Shown: positions 45,344 through 56,336 of the stretch, piece by piece | How positions within the stretch are numbered: the first letter of the stretch is position 1 | How the letters are laid out: the number at the start of each line of letters is the position of its first letter | Origin: an uncultured Prevotellaceae bacterium | Lineage (GTDB): Bacteria; Bacteroidota; Bacteroidia; Bacteroidales; Bacteroidaceae | Direction of reading: 5' to 3' | DNA: 64,000 nucleotides | Assembly (NCBI GenBank): GCA_902763615.1 | Contig: CACWSX010000009.1 | Location: forward strand, 34,515-98,514 | Made by a program: the position numbers and the translations under genes | Notes under the pieces: model-generated | What the model saw: the letters and a program-made list of their open reading frames with translations, nothing else | Databases searched by the model: none | Told to the model about the DNA's origin: nothing

Positions 45344-46681
45344 TTATACGATACCCTGAGCCATCATAGCCTTAGCAACCTTCATGAAGCCGGCTACGTT
45401 AGCACCCTTCACATAGTTGATGTAACCATCCTTCTCAGTACCGTACTTCACGCAGTTTTCGTGAATGTCGTTCATGATGCGCTTCAGGTAGTCGTCAACC
45501 TCCTTAGCAGTCCAGCTCAGGCGTTCGGAGTTCTGCGACATCTCGAGACCAGAAACAGATACACCACCAGCGTTAGAAGCCTTACCTGGAGAGTAGAGGA
45601 TCTTAGCATCCTGGAAGATCTTGATAGCCTCAGGCAGTGAAGGCATGTTGGCACCCTCGGCAACAGCGATTACGCCGTTGTCAACCAGAGCCTTAGCCTC
45701 GTCGCCGTTGATCTCGTTCTGTGTTGCGCAAGGCAGAGCGATGTCGGCCTTCTCATACCAAGGACGCTTGCCCTCATAGTACTTAGCTGTGGGATACTCC
45801 TGAACATATTCCTTGATACGTCCACGCTCCACGTTTTTCAGCTCCATGATGTAATCGAGCTTAGCGCGATCGATACCATCGGGATCGAAGATGTAACCGT
45901 CGGAGTCAGACATCGTCATGGGGATAGCACCGAGTTGCAGGCACTTCTCAGCAGCATACTGAGCCACATTACCAGCACCAGAAATCAGTACCTTCTTACC
46001 CTTGATGTCGATATTGCGGGTAGCGAGCATAGAAGTCAGGAAGTAAACGGTACCGTAACCGGTAGCCTCAGGACGGATCAGTGAACCACCGAAGGGGATA
46101 CCCTTACCTGTGAGCACACCCTGGAACTGATGAGTGAGCTTCTTGTACTGTCCGAACAGATAGCCAACCTCACGGCCACCAACACCGATATCACCAGCGG
46201 GGACGTCCTCATCAGGACCGATCACGCGATAGAGTTCATTCATGAATGCCTGGCAGAAACGCATCACTTCAGCGTCGCTCTTGCCGCGGGGAGAGAAGTC
46301 AGAACCACCCTTAGCACCACCCATAGGAAGTGTGGTCAGTGAGTTCTTGAAGGTCTGCTCAAAGGCGAGGAATTTCAGGATACCGAGGTTCACACTCTTG
46401 TGGTAACGGAGACCGCCTTTGTACGGACCAATGGCGTTGTTGTGCTGGATACGGTAACCCATGTTGGTCTGAACCTTACCCTGGTCGTCAACCCATGTGA
46501 TACGGAACTCGCATACTCTGTCGGGGATACACAGACGCTCGATCAGGTTGGCCTTCTCAAACTCGGGGTGTTTGTTATACTCCTCTTCGATGGTGGGAAG
46601 AACCTGAGACACTGCCTGGATATACTCCGGCTCATTGGGGAAGCGCTGCTTCAACTGCTCTACAACTTGTGCTGCATTCAT
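45344..46681 (-). CDS. gdhA: Glutamate dehydrogenase (NAD(P)-specific)
   Basis: GPYKGGLR, LPMGGAKGG, DVPAGDIGVG, RPEATGYG, PCATQNE, KASNAGGV. Confidence 0.95.
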   Translation of the reverse strand: MNAAQVVEQLKQRFPNEPEYIQAVSQVLPTIEEEYNKHPEFEKANLIERLCIPDRVCEFRITWVDDQGKVQTNMGYRIQHNNAIGPYKGGLRYHKSVNLGILKFLAFEQTFKNSLTTLPMGGAKGGSDFSPRGKSDAEVMRFCQAFMNELYRVIGPDEDVPAGDIGVGGREVGYLFGQYKKLTHQFQGVLTGKGIPFGGSLIRPEATGYGTVYFLTSMLATRNIDIKGKKVLISGAGNVAQYAAEKCLQLGAIPMTMSDSDGYIFDPDGIDRAKLDYIMELKNVERGRIKEYVQEYPTAKYYEGKRPWYEKADIALPCATQNEINGDEAKALVDNGVIAVAEGANMPSLPEAIKIFQDAKILYSPGKASNAGGVSVSGLEMSQNSERLSWTAKEVDDYLKRIMNDIHENCVKYGTEKDGYINYVKGANVAGFMKVAKAMMAQGIV

Positions 46682-46954
46682 AATCTTAACCTTTTTTTAG
46701 TTGTTTAATATAAATTGATTTTGATTTTTAATTTTCGGTTGCAAAATTACATCAAAAATCTGAAATGACAAACATTTTATCAATTATTTCTCGAAAAATC
46801 TGTCTTTTTGTTACTTAATTGACATAAATCAAGGCAAAAAGACATATAATGATTATTTTTTGTGTTCGGGCACAAATGATTTATTGAAAATCTTTTGGAT
46901 TTATGAGTCGTTTTTTAAAAAAAAACTTTGTAACTTTGCCCACAAAATGTAAAT

Positions 46955-49411
46955 ATGGTAAGACGATCTTTCATGTTGGCATGCCTTTTGGCCAGTATGC
47001 TGTCAGTGATGGCGGTGACTAGTCGGCGTGTGTTTTTGACTTATAATGCCAGCAATGGTTTAGCCGACAATAGTGCTCAGACCATTCGGTGTGCAACATC
47101 AGGTCGACTGGTTATTACCACCATAGGGCAGATTAATTTCTTTGATGGTAATCGCTTTTCCTATATCGATCCTTCGAAAGAGAGTGTGTACTCTTTGCCC
47201 AGCTACTCAGGCAACTATCATGTCTATGTTGACAAAGACCACCATCTGTGGTTGAAAAATACGCATACCGTGTCGTGTGTTGATCTGCTCACGGAGATGT
47301 TTGTCGGTTCTGTTGAAGATGTGTTCCGCGAGTATGATATTCATGTACCGGTAAAGGATCTCTTCGTTGATTCCGATGGCGTTCTCTATCTTTTGACCGA
47401 TAAGGGTTTGTATTCGACTGAATCCAAGCAATATTTTAAAGTACGCGGGAAATGGAATCTGCAGGATCTCGACACCTATCAGAATAAATATCTGTTGTTG
47501 TTTTATGACACGGGTGTGGTAGATATCAACGAACTCTCTACGGGTTCCACTATCAATTCCTGTAAAGCATACGATGAAGACAAGATTCGCACTTACAACC
47601 GTTCGTCGGTGCTTTGTAAGGATGATTACATGTTCTACCAGGTGCGCAATGGTAGCAAGGGGGCCATCTTGATGTCCTTTAATATCGGTAAGTGGGAGTG
47701 GAAGACACTGATGGAAACTCCCTATCATATGAACAACCTCGAAAAGAGGGACAGTCTGCTTTATATTCCCTGCGAATATGGTTATTGGGTTTATGATACA
47801 GAATTGGATAGGGCTGGACAGGTTGATGAACTGAAGATGCAGAATGGCCGTATTTTGAAAACCAATATCAATGCACTTTGCTTCGACCATCAGGGTGGTA
47901 TGTGGATTGGTACCGAGAAATGGGGGTTGCTCTATTCGAGACCAAACAATCCGCCCTTTACAGTTTATACATGGGATCAGCCTGAAGCAATGAAATATGA
48001 TGCGATGCTGGCCAATGCCCCGTCGTATCGTACTTTTAAGGGTAAAAGAGTCAACTGTCTTCTGAAAGACTCCTTTGGCCGGATATGGGTGGGAACCTCC
48101 TCAGGTCTGCACTTTTATCAGAAGGAGTCAGACAATACGCCACGTGTCTATTCCCAACGCGACGGCTTACAGAACAATGTGATCCACTCTATTGTCGAGG
48201 ATAAGCATCACAACATCTGGGTGGGAACCAGCTATGGCATCTCCTGCCTGAAACTTGACGATAAAGGTGAGCTGGTTGATATCCTCAGCTACAATCAGTA
48301 TGACAATATTCCTGAGGAGTCGTTTGTCAACGGCAAAGCCCTTTGTCTGCCTGACAGCACCATCGTCATGCAAATGCTGGATCATGTCGTAGTCTTTGCT
48401 CCGAATGAGATGATGACGCTTCGCTCGATGACCTTCGAGCTTTATCCCGAACTGGTGGGTCTGATGATTAACGGTAACCGTGTGCGCACAGGCGAGAAGT
48501 TCAATGATAAAGTCATCCTTGATCAGGCTCTCATCCGTATAAAGGAATTCAATTTCGACTATGATCAGAATTCGCTCTCGCTGACGTTTTCTGCACTTAA
48601 CCATTTCCGTCCGCAGCAGACCTATTACCGTGTGCGCGTCAAGGAGATAGATGATGCGTGGAAGATCATGACGCCTTATAATTCTGGAGGAATGGTTGAT
48701 AGCAGAGGACAGTTCCATTTGCCACTCGCTTCTTTGAAGCCTGGTACATATACGATAGAATTACAGGCATCGATGTCTATCGACGACTGGAAAACGGAGC
48801 CTCGTGAGTGGGTGATTCATATCAATGAGCCTTGGTGGCGTGCTACGGGTTTGTTTGTTTTGCTCGGATTAATCCTTCTGGTGCTTTTCTTGGTGAATGT
48901 CTATTTTTATGTGCGCAATTCCAATATGCGTTCGCGACGTATCAGTGAGGAGAAAAACATTGTCCGTCGCATTGAGTTGTTTGCGGAGCGTTGCATCCAT
49001 ACAAAGGGTGATACGCTGGCACCTCTGACAGATGAGATTTCAGGTGTTGGTGTCGATTCAAGTAACTATTTGAGCGAAGAGTTCATACAGACGATGCTCA
49101 AACTACTTGATTTTGTCAATGAACAGCGTCTGTCGCAGATATCGATGAAGAAGCTGAGTGAGAAAGCTGGCATGGACTTGACGTCATTCTATGCCCTCAT
49201 CAGTTCTAATATCTATAAGAATCCTCGTGAATTGGTCAAGCGTGTGAAGATGAATCAGGCAAAGGAGATGCTTACTACTTCGGGCGACGATATTGCTGAC
49301 ATTGCTGCGAAGTGCGGGTTCGCATCACCTAATTACTTTATAGCCTCCTTCTTCCGTGAACATCATGTGCTCCCGGAAGAGTATCGGCGGATGGCCATGA
49401 TGAATATTTAA
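46955..49411 (+). CDS. Membrane-spanning AraC regulator with beta-propeller and Y_Y_Y sensor (HTCS-like, no kinase or receiver)
   Basis: Reg_prop repeats (GLADNS, DSFGRIWVGT, GLQNNVIHSIVED..NIWVGT), LKPGTY, PWW plus TM, C-terminal IAAKCGFASPNYF..F. Confidence 0.85.
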   Translation: MVRRSFMLACLLASMLSVMAVTSRRVFLTYNASNGLADNSAQTIRCATSGRLVITTIGQINFFDGNRFSYIDPSKESVYSLPSYSGNYHVYVDKDHHLWLKNTHTVSCVDLLTEMFVGSVEDVFREYDIHVPVKDLFVDSDGVLYLLTDKGLYSTESKQYFKVRGKWNLQDLDTYQNKYLLLFYDTGVVDINELSTGSTINSCKAYDEDKIRTYNRSSVLCKDDYMFYQVRNGSKGAILMSFNIGKWEWKTLMETPYHMNNLEKRDSLLYIPCEYGYWVYDTELDRAGQVDELKMQNGRILKTNINALCFDHQGGMWIGTEKWGLLYSRPNNPPFTVYTWDQPEAMKYDAMLANAPSYRTFKGKRVNCLLKDSFGRIWVGTSSGLHFYQKESDNTPRVYSQRDGLQNNVIHSIVEDKHHNIWVGTSYGISCLKLDDKGELVDILSYNQYDNIPEESFVNGKALCLPDSTIVMQMLDHVVVFAPNEMMTLRSMTFELYPELVGLMINGNRVRTGEKFNDKVILDQALIRIKEFNFDYDQNSLSLTFSALNHFRPQQTYYRVRVKEIDDAWKIMTPYNSGGMVDSRGQFHLPLASLKPGTYTIELQASMSIDDWKTEPREWVIHINEPWWRATGLFVLLGLILLVLFLVNVYFYVRNSNMRSRRISEEKNIVRRIELFAERCIHTKGDTLAPLTDEISGVGVDSSNYLSEEFIQTMLKLLDFVNEQRLSQISMKKLSEKAGMDLTSFYALISSNIYKNPRELVKRVKMNQAKEMLTTSGDDIADIAAKCGFASPNYFIASFFREHHVLPEEYRRMAMMNI

Positions 49412-50676
49412 TGTTGTTTGTTGATGTCTAGCTCTCGGAAGGCTGTCAGACGCCAGGTCTTATCGTTAACACCACGATAGTAGACGAGAGCCTGATAGCG
49501 GTTCTCCGTCTGATAGTAGCTGCCTTCCGAGGGTGCAAACTGCAAAGCACCATCGGGCTGCTGCCATAGGTATTGATACGAATAATAGCCTTGTTTTTGC
49601 AGAATACGAGCGGTATACATACCCTTGGCTGCATCGTAGGTCATCGTGTAGGTCTTCGGATCGTCATCGGTGGTCCACCAACCGTCAATCACCATCTGTC
49701 CCTCTGGTAAGTGAGGGCACTTCATCCGATACATCACCCACACATAGTCGCAGGTTGTCTCAATTTCCCAGTTGTCGCTGTTGCGGATCAGGAACGCACC
49801 GTTGGCATCCTCGTCATAGAGATAGTGTCTTCGAGCTTCATCAATAAAAGGGTAAGCCTCATATCGTTCGCCATTCCAAACCATTTGGTCGATGCCCATT
49901 GTGGGATGGCTCACGTCGAGCACCTCATATTTCCGGTATTCATTACCAGCATCGAAAATCAGTTCGCGAGCATGTAGCCACTCAGCGCTGTTACCAGTAA
50001 TGATGGTTGGTTTTGGATTTTGCTTTCTGTTGTCTTCGCGTCCGTTTTGCATTACCACCACCCATAGTTGGTTGGCAGGATCGGTCACACGTTCCACTCC
50101 GTAGTTCAGGGTCATTGACACCTGTTGGTGGCTTACGTTGGTGTCGATGTCGGTATTTGTGGTGATACGCATCGTTAACGGCATCGATTGTTCGGTCACG
50201 CAGAAGTCGATGGTCATCACCTCGCGCTCATCATCCTCGTCATCACAGATGTGAATCCGATAGTTGCCGCTTATTCTGAGACGCATACGGTCGTTAGGTA
50301 TCTGGAACCGGTAGTGGGTATAGGCTACTGTTGTGTTCATCGAGGGAGCATAGTCATCGATAGGGTTGCCATTGAATCCCTCCAGCCAGTCACTCTCAAA
50401 GAGTGCCGTCGAGGGTGTCCAGTTGGCTTCACAATGCTCTACACGATAGGTGTAATGGTGATACTCGTGCGAGAGCTCGTCGAAACTGATATTAAGTATG
50501 TCGTCTGTCCCTAGCCGCATGATAGCGGGCGATAGCCAGTCTTGATTCACCACCACCTGTAGCGATTTGATCTGCGGCTCCAGAATCCTGCTTTTGGCGG
50601 CTATCGTTACCGATATTCCCATCATCCCTAATATCGCCCATACCCTTATCTTTCTAATCATAAGCTTCATTTTCAA
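49408..50676 (-). CDS. DUF5103 / T9SS plug-domain protein
   Basis: ISFDEL, EHCEANW, SMNTTVAYTHY, AGNEYR, KQGYYSYQY, EGSYYQTEN.Y. Confidence 0.85.
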   Translation of the reverse strand: MKMKLMIRKIRVWAILGMMGISVTIAAKSRILEPQIKSLQVVVNQDWLSPAIMRLGTDDILNISFDELSHEYHHYTYRVEHCEANWTPSTALFESDWLEGFNGNPIDDYAPSMNTTVAYTHYRFQIPNDRMRLRISGNYRIHICDDEDDEREVMTIDFCVTEQSMPLTMRITTNTDIDTNVSHQQVSMTLNYGVERVTDPANQLWVVVMQNGREDNRKQNPKPTIITGNSAEWLHARELIFDAGNEYRKYEVLDVSHPTMGIDQMVWNGERYEAYPFIDEARRHYLYDEDANGAFLIRNSDNWEIETTCDYVWVMYRMKCPHLPEGQMVIDGWWTTDDDPKTYTMTYDAAKGMYTARILQKQGYYSYQYLWQQPDGALQFAPSEGSYYQTENRYQALVYYRGVNDKTWRLTAFRELDINKQH

Positions 50677-50691
50677 AGATTATCATTTGCA

Positions 50692-51162
50692 TCATTCATG
50701 ATGATATGGCTCTCCTTTAATAATAGTACACGCGCGATATATCTGCTCCGTAAACACAAGTCTCACCATCTGGTGTGAGAAGGTTAACTTTGAGAGTGAT
50801 AACTGTTCATTTGCCCGTTTGTAGATAGCCTCTGAGAATCCGTAGGGACCTCCAATGACGAATACTAGTCGGCGTGCAGTCTGCTGTTTCTGTTCCAGCC
50901 ATTTGGCCAGTTCTATGCTCCTGAACTCTTTGCCGTGTTCGTCGAGTAGTACCAGTGTATCTGATGGCTGTAACTGTTTCAGAATTAGTTCTCCCTCCAT
51001 CGTTTTCTGTTGATCTTCCGAGAGATTCTTCGTATTTCTCAGTTCCGGAATGGTCACGATGTCGAAAGGCATATAATGAGCGATGCGCTCAGAATAGTCG
51101 CTAATGCCCGCTTGAAAATGCTTGTCTGTGGTCTTTCCCACTAATATCAATATCGTTTTCAT
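50692..51162 (-). CDS. rlmH: 23S rRNA pseudouridine-1915 N3-methyltransferase
   Basis: LLDEHG, FVIGGPYG, TFSHQMVR...EQIYRA..I..GEPYHH. Confidence 0.97.
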   Translation of the reverse strand: MKTILILVGKTTDKHFQAGISDYSERIAHYMPFDIVTIPELRNTKNLSEDQQKTMEGELILKQLQPSDTLVLLDEHGKEFRSIELAKWLEQKQQTARRLVFVIGGPYGFSEAIYKRANEQLSLSKLTFSHQMVRLVFTEQIYRACTIIKGEPYHHE

Positions 51163-52517
51163 TTGATTGTCTCCTTCTCTATGAATTCGTCGAACTGCCC
51201 CTGATAGCCGTTAAACACATTGATATCCACCTCGCCTGTGATACCTTTCACACGACCGTCGGGCGATAGTTGCCACATTACCAGTTTTACATCGGGCTTA
51301 TACTCGCCATAGCGGGCAATCCAGACTTTGTAGTCCCGCTTGATGTCTGGAGCCTCAGGTAGCCATTTGTTCACAAATCGCTGATTGATATAAAGGATGG
51401 GCTTCACACCGCAAAACTTCTCCACCGCTTGCAGCCAGGCCCTGATGTTGCTGAACAGTACCTTCCCGCCACCCATCTTGGCGATGTCACCATCCGAAGG
51501 CTCGATGTCGAGTACTGGTGGCAGGTCGCCCTTACGAAACAGTGTGTTCATGATGAAGTGTCTGGCTTGTGCCGAGCCGCTCGTGCGTGTCGAGAAGAAG
51601 TGATAGGCTCCAGCCTGGATGCCGTGCTTGCGGGCAGCAGCATAGTCTGTGGCATAGTATTTGTTGCGGATGCTGATGCCTTCCGTCGATTTGATGAAGC
51701 AGAACGATACAGGATAGTCTACTATACCCGAGATTTTCTTCTTGCTCTTCGATCCGAGGTGACTGATGCGCAACTGCTGCCAATGGATGGGATAATATTT
51801 GCGCCCCTTGCCGTGCTGGTATCGCGAAATGTCGATGCCGTATATTCGTTCCGAGGTGTAGTTCATTCGCTCGCCTTTAAACACATCCTGTTGCCATAAG
51901 CCTGTTTTCAACACCGTCAGTACATCGTTCTCCAACAATTGTAAACCGAATCCTTCGCGCAAGTCGTTTTCCCAGTGCCCTTCGAAATAATGACCTGCGG
52001 TTGATATATATGATCCGTGACCCTCGGCGCGAGCATTTACCAACCCGTCTTTTTCGATGATGCCTGTGAGATCGCCCTGATAGATGCCGGTAGAGTCGAA
52101 ACGCAGGCCGCTTCTTAAAGTGTCAGCACTCCAGTTGCCGATTATGAGGCGTCCGAGGGTGTCGCGACTGATGGATGTTCCTTCGCGCTTTTGACCTTTC
52201 CAGCGACCTACATTATAGACGCTGAGAGTGTCAATCGTCTCCTGATGTTGTTTGCCAGCAGCGAAGGCGGCTACCATTTCGTAGCCCTCATCCTCAACGT
52301 TATGACGGTCTAGGTAGTAGTCCATCTCCGTCTTTCGGTCTTTCTTCATCTGAAGATGTAAGGAGTCGAGTAGGGGTGTGCCTTTGATCAGCGGAATCGG
52401 AAATATAGCGTTCTCATAATCCTCAGGTTTTTCCGAGTACTCAGAGAACCAGAACCCGATGCCACAGCTAACGGCTGCGACAAGTGCGATGGCGACATAT
52501 TTTGCGACTTTCTTCAT
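51159..52517 (-). CDS. GH25 muramidase with N-terminal membrane anchor and MORN-like repeats
   Basis: GIDISRYQ, IKSTEG, GAYHFF, PPVLDIE, WIARY, VDINVF; FEGHWENDLREGFG repeat. Confidence 0.88.
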   Translation of the reverse strand: MKKVAKYVAIALVAAVSCGIGFWFSEYSEKPEDYENAIFPIPLIKGTPLLDSLHLQMKKDRKTEMDYYLDRHNVEDEGYEMVAAFAAGKQHQETIDTLSVYNVGRWKGQKREGTSISRDTLGRLIIGNWSADTLRSGLRFDSTGIYQGDLTGIIEKDGLVNARAEGHGSYISTAGHYFEGHWENDLREGFGLQLLENDVLTVLKTGLWQQDVFKGERMNYTSERIYGIDISRYQHGKGRKYYPIHWQQLRISHLGSKSKKKISGIVDYPVSFCFIKSTEGISIRNKYYATDYAAARKHGIQAGAYHFFSTRTSGSAQARHFIMNTLFRKGDLPPVLDIEPSDGDIAKMGGGKVLFSNIRAWLQAVEKFCGVKPILYINQRFVNKWLPEAPDIKRDYKVWIARYGEYKPDVKLVMWQLSPDGRVKGITGEVDINVFNGYQGQFDEFIEKETIK

Positions 52518-52580
52518 TTTCGCCTGCAAAAATACAAAATAATTATCAATTAACTAATGTCCGTTATCAATTAATAACGA

Positions 52581-52608
52581 AAATCCCCGCCAAATGAGCG
52601 GGGATTCT
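52581..52608 (-). terminator. Terminator downstream of the DUF4301 gene
   Basis: AATCCCCGC-N7-GCGGGGATT with adjacent A run. Confidence 0.7.
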
Positions 52609-52612
52609 TATG

Positions 52613-54112
52613 TTATTGATGCTGGTCGCGAAGGAGATCATTGACTGTCTTAACGGGGTTGAAGGTGCCAAGAGGGACTTCAACGAAGATGGTCGACCAA
52701 TTGCTCATTGCACCATTCCATAAGCCTGGTAACTCTAAGGCTCTCAATTCTTTACCTGATTTTGATTTAGAAGAGATAAAACCTGTTGATTTATCGACGA
52801 AGGCGGGCAAATCAAATGGCTGACCCTTGTAATCCTTGACGGCACAAACGAGGTCAACGGGATTAAAATGCGTACCTTGGGTGAACATTTTCATATAGGC
52901 CTCATTGTTGGTGTCTATCTGTGAACTCTCGAGGATCTGGAGTGAAACCGTACCGTCCTGATTGTAAGTGAGGAACGGGCCGCCACCAGGTTCACCGACG
53001 TTTTTGACGACACCACAGACGCGCATCGGACGATTGAGTTTCGAGCGCAGATAGTTGGCGTCTACCTTGTTGTTCTTGGCATCGGTGCAGAGACATTCTG
53101 ATACGAACTTGGCGATTTCTGCCAGCTGGGCCTCAGAGGCGCCGGCATCAAGAACTTTCAGATATTCGAATGCCTTCTGTTGCAGGGTGACGAGCACACC
53201 GGCAATGACTTGCTTCCACTCAACGGTTTCTGGCTTTAAACGGTCGGGCACCACATTGTCGATATTCTTGATAAAGATGACGTCTGCCTCGATCTCATTG
53301 AGGTTTTCGATAAGGGCGCCATGACCTCCAGGACGGAATAACAGCGAGCCGTCGTCATTACGGAAGGGGGTATTGTCGGGGTTGGCGGCTACTGTATCGG
53401 TCGAGGGCTTCTGCTCGGAGAAGGAGATATCATACTTAATGCCGTATTTCTTCGCATAGCTGTCGGCTTTTTCAGCAACTTTCGCCTGAAAGAGAGCCAT
53501 ATGCTCGTGCGAGACGGTGAAGTGCACATGGGCTTCGCCGTTAGAGGCGGCATAAAGGGCACCCTCCACAAGATGTTCCTCCATCGGGGTGCGTGCACCC
53601 TCTGGATACTTGTGGAAAAGAAGCAAACCTTTGGGTAATTGACCATAGTTCAGCCCTTCGGCTTTGAGCATATTCGCTGCAACGGCCTTGTAGTTCCCTT
53701 CGGCAATGAGACCCTTAATACCCTTACCCTCGTTCTTCTGGCAAACAGCATCGAGGGCGTCATAGAAGGCGAATTTCTCAATAGAGTCGAAATATTTCTT
53801 CTCGAAATCGGTAGTGGGCACGTCGTAATCAGCATCGACGAAGGCGAACATATTTTTGAACATACGGCTGGCAGCACCCGAGGCAGGCACGAATTTTACC
53901 ACGCGTTTGCCTGTAGCCTTATAGGCTTTCCATGCTTCCTCATATTGCTGACGAGCAGCGGCATCGGGGGCGATGATACCATGTCCGATACTGGCGGCAG
54001 CCTCCAACTTCAGAAAGGGGAAACCGGTTTTGAACTCCTTCAGTTGATTCTCGATCTGAGCAACTGTGATGCCCTTCTGGGCAATCTGCTTTAAATCTTT
54101 TTCTGATAACAT
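52613..54112 (-). CDS. DUF4301 family protein
   Basis: KFVPASGAASRMFK, FRPGGHGALIENL, IKNIDNV, GEPGGGPF, ELPGLWNGAM, FNPVKTVNDLL. Confidence 0.92.
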   Translation of the reverse strand: MLSEKDLKQIAQKGITVAQIENQLKEFKTGFPFLKLEAAASIGHGIIAPDAAARQQYEEAWKAYKATGKRVVKFVPASGAASRMFKNMFAFVDADYDVPTTDFEKKYFDSIEKFAFYDALDAVCQKNEGKGIKGLIAEGNYKAVAANMLKAEGLNYGQLPKGLLLFHKYPEGARTPMEEHLVEGALYAASNGEAHVHFTVSHEHMALFQAKVAEKADSYAKKYGIKYDISFSEQKPSTDTVAANPDNTPFRNDDGSLLFRPGGHGALIENLNEIEADVIFIKNIDNVVPDRLKPETVEWKQVIAGVLVTLQQKAFEYLKVLDAGASEAQLAEIAKFVSECLCTDAKNNKVDANYLRSKLNRPMRVCGVVKNVGEPGGGPFLTYNQDGTVSLQILESSQIDTNNEAYMKMFTQGTHFNPVDLVCAVKDYKGQPFDLPAFVDKSTGFISSKSKSGKELRALELPGLWNGAMSNWSTIFVEVPLGTFNPVKTVNDLLRDQHQ

Positions 54113-54218
54113 AAAATAGGTGTTTAGTTAAAAATATAGGGCAAAATTAGTAACTTTTCTCGAAAAAAGCGAATATATCGAAAGAAATTTGTAACTTTGC
54201 CGTTAAATTTATGAAAAT

Positions 54219-56324
54219 ATGGTGGAGGAATTCACTTTTACATACGACGAAAAGAAGAAAATGGCTGCTCAGACGGCCGAGATCCTGACAGAGGAGATCG
54301 GTTTGAAGGGTGATGCGATACAAGCTGTTCATCTGATACCCGACATTGAAGAGGGGAAACTCTCGATGGCGGATGTCGAGGCGCAGTATGGTTCGTCGGT
54401 AGTGCGCATTTTGCAGGGTCTCGACCGCATCCGCCAGCTCTATAAGAAGAATCCTGTGGTGGAGAGCGAGAACTTCCGCAACCTGTTGCTGTCGTTTGCT
54501 GAGGACATGCGGGTGATCCTGATAATGATTGCCGACCGTGTGAATCTGATGCGGACTTTGCTCAAATCGAAAAAGACGGAAGATCCCCAAGCCGTATTCA
54601 TTGCTGGACGGTCATTCATGGAAGCTGTGAGTCAGGAGGCTGCCTATCTCTATGCTCCGTTGGCCCACAAGCTTGGCCTCTACAAGCTGAAGAGCGAGTT
54701 GGAGGATTTGTCGCTGAAATATCTGGAGAATGAGGCTTATTATCATATCCGCGAGAAACTGAACGAGACGAAGGCTTCGCGCGATGCCTATATTGACCGC
54801 TTCATCAAACCTATCGAGGAGAAAATAAAAGCGGCTGGCATCAAGTGCCATATCAAAGGCCGTACAAAGTCGATACACTCCATCTGGCAGAAAATGCAGA
54901 AGCAAAAGTGTCCGTTCGAAGGCGTGTATGATCTCTTTGCCATCCGTATCATCATCGACTGTCCTGAGGAGATGGAGAAGATGCAGTGTTGGCAGGCGTA
55001 CTCGATTGTGACGGATATGTACCAGCCGAATCCCAAACGCCTGCGTGACTGGCTTAGCGTGCCGAAGTCGAACGGCTACGAAAGTCTGCATATCACCGTG
55101 CTCGGTCCTGAACAGAAGTGGGTGGAAGTACAGATCCGAACAGAACGTATGGACGAGATTGCAGAACGGGGTGTGGCAGCCCATTGGCGCTATAAGGGCT
55201 TGAAGGGGGAGTCGGGTCTCGACGAATGGCTCACGAATATCCGCTCGATGCTGGAGCACTCAGACGGTCTGGAGGCAATGGACCAGTTTAAGATGGATCT
55301 CTATGAGGACGAGGTGTTCGTCTTCACGCCTAAGGGCGACCTGTTGAAATTCCCTGTGGGGGCTACTGTGCTCGATTTCGCTTATCATATTCACTCGAAA
55401 GTGGGCAATGCGTGTACGGGCGGACGCATCAACGGCAAAGTGGTGCCCATCCGTTACCAGTTGAAGAGTGGCGACCAGGTAGAAGTGCTCACATCGGCTA
55501 ATCAGAAGCCTCGTCAGGAATGGCTGAACATTGTGAAGACCTCGCGGGCCAAGTCGAAGATCCGTCTGGCGCTGAAGGAGACACAGGTGAAGGACGGACT
55601 CTTTGCGAAGGAGATGCTTGAACGTAAGTTCAAGAACCGTAAGCTCGAGATCGAAGACTCCATCATGTTCCATGTGGTGAAGAAGATGGGCTTTAAGGAG
55701 GTAAGCGACTTTTACAAGCAGATAGCCGACGGCATCCTCGATACTAACGATGTCATCGAGAAATACATTGAACTGAAAGAGGGCGAGAAAGTCGTGACTG
55801 GCGATAATGTGGCCCGCAGTGCTGAGGAGTTTGTGCTCGACGAGTCGAAAGTAGCTGGATTAAATGTGCCGATGAACGACGATGTGCTCATCATCGACCG
55901 CAATCTGAAAGGCATCGACTATCAGTTGGCCCGTTGCTGCACACCTATCTATGGCGACTCCGTCTTCGGCTTCGTAACCATCAACGGCGGTATTAAAATC
56001 CATCGTACTGACTGTCCGAATGCCCCTGAATTACGGCGCCGTTATGGCTATCGTATCGTCAAGGCTAAGTGGAGTGGGAAGGGCTCGTCGCAGTATTCCA
56101 TCACCTTGCGCATTATCGGCAACGACGACATCGGCATTGTGAACAATCTGACGAGCATCATCTCGAAAGACGAGAAACTCGTGCTGCGCTCCATTAATAT
56201 TGATTCGCACGATGGCCTGTTCAGTGGTAATCTGGAAGTGATGATTGACGATACCTCACGTCTGGAAGCGCTGATAAAAAAACTGCGTGCGGTGAGAGGC
56301 GTGAAACAAGTAGACAGAATATAA
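54219..56324 (+). CDS. Long RelA/SpoT homologue with degenerate hydrolase domain
   Basis: YAPLAHKLG, GRTKSIHSI, DLFAIRI, PKSNGYESLH, EVQIRT, AAHWRYK, TGS, zinc-finger-like CC/C and ACT domains. Confidence 0.93.
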   Translation: MVEEFTFTYDEKKKMAAQTAEILTEEIGLKGDAIQAVHLIPDIEEGKLSMADVEAQYGSSVVRILQGLDRIRQLYKKNPVVESENFRNLLLSFAEDMRVILIMIADRVNLMRTLLKSKKTEDPQAVFIAGRSFMEAVSQEAAYLYAPLAHKLGLYKLKSELEDLSLKYLENEAYYHIREKLNETKASRDAYIDRFIKPIEEKIKAAGIKCHIKGRTKSIHSIWQKMQKQKCPFEGVYDLFAIRIIIDCPEEMEKMQCWQAYSIVTDMYQPNPKRLRDWLSVPKSNGYESLHITVLGPEQKWVEVQIRTERMDEIAERGVAAHWRYKGLKGESGLDEWLTNIRSMLEHSDGLEAMDQFKMDLYEDEVFVFTPKGDLLKFPVGATVLDFAYHIHSKVGNACTGGRINGKVVPIRYQLKSGDQVEVLTSANQKPRQEWLNIVKTSRAKSKIRLALKETQVKDGLFAKEMLERKFKNRKLEIEDSIMFHVVKKMGFKEVSDFYKQIADGILDTNDVIEKYIELKEGEKVVTGDNVARSAEEFVLDESKVAGLNVPMNDDVLIIDRNLKGIDYQLARCCTPIYGDSVFGFVTINGGIKIHRTDCPNAPELRRRYGYRIVKAKWSGKGSSQYSITLRIIGNDDIGIVNNLTSIISKDEKLVLRSINIDSHDGLFSGNLEVMIDDTSRLEALIKKLRAVRGVKQVDRI

Positions 56325-56336
56325 AAAACCGACAAT

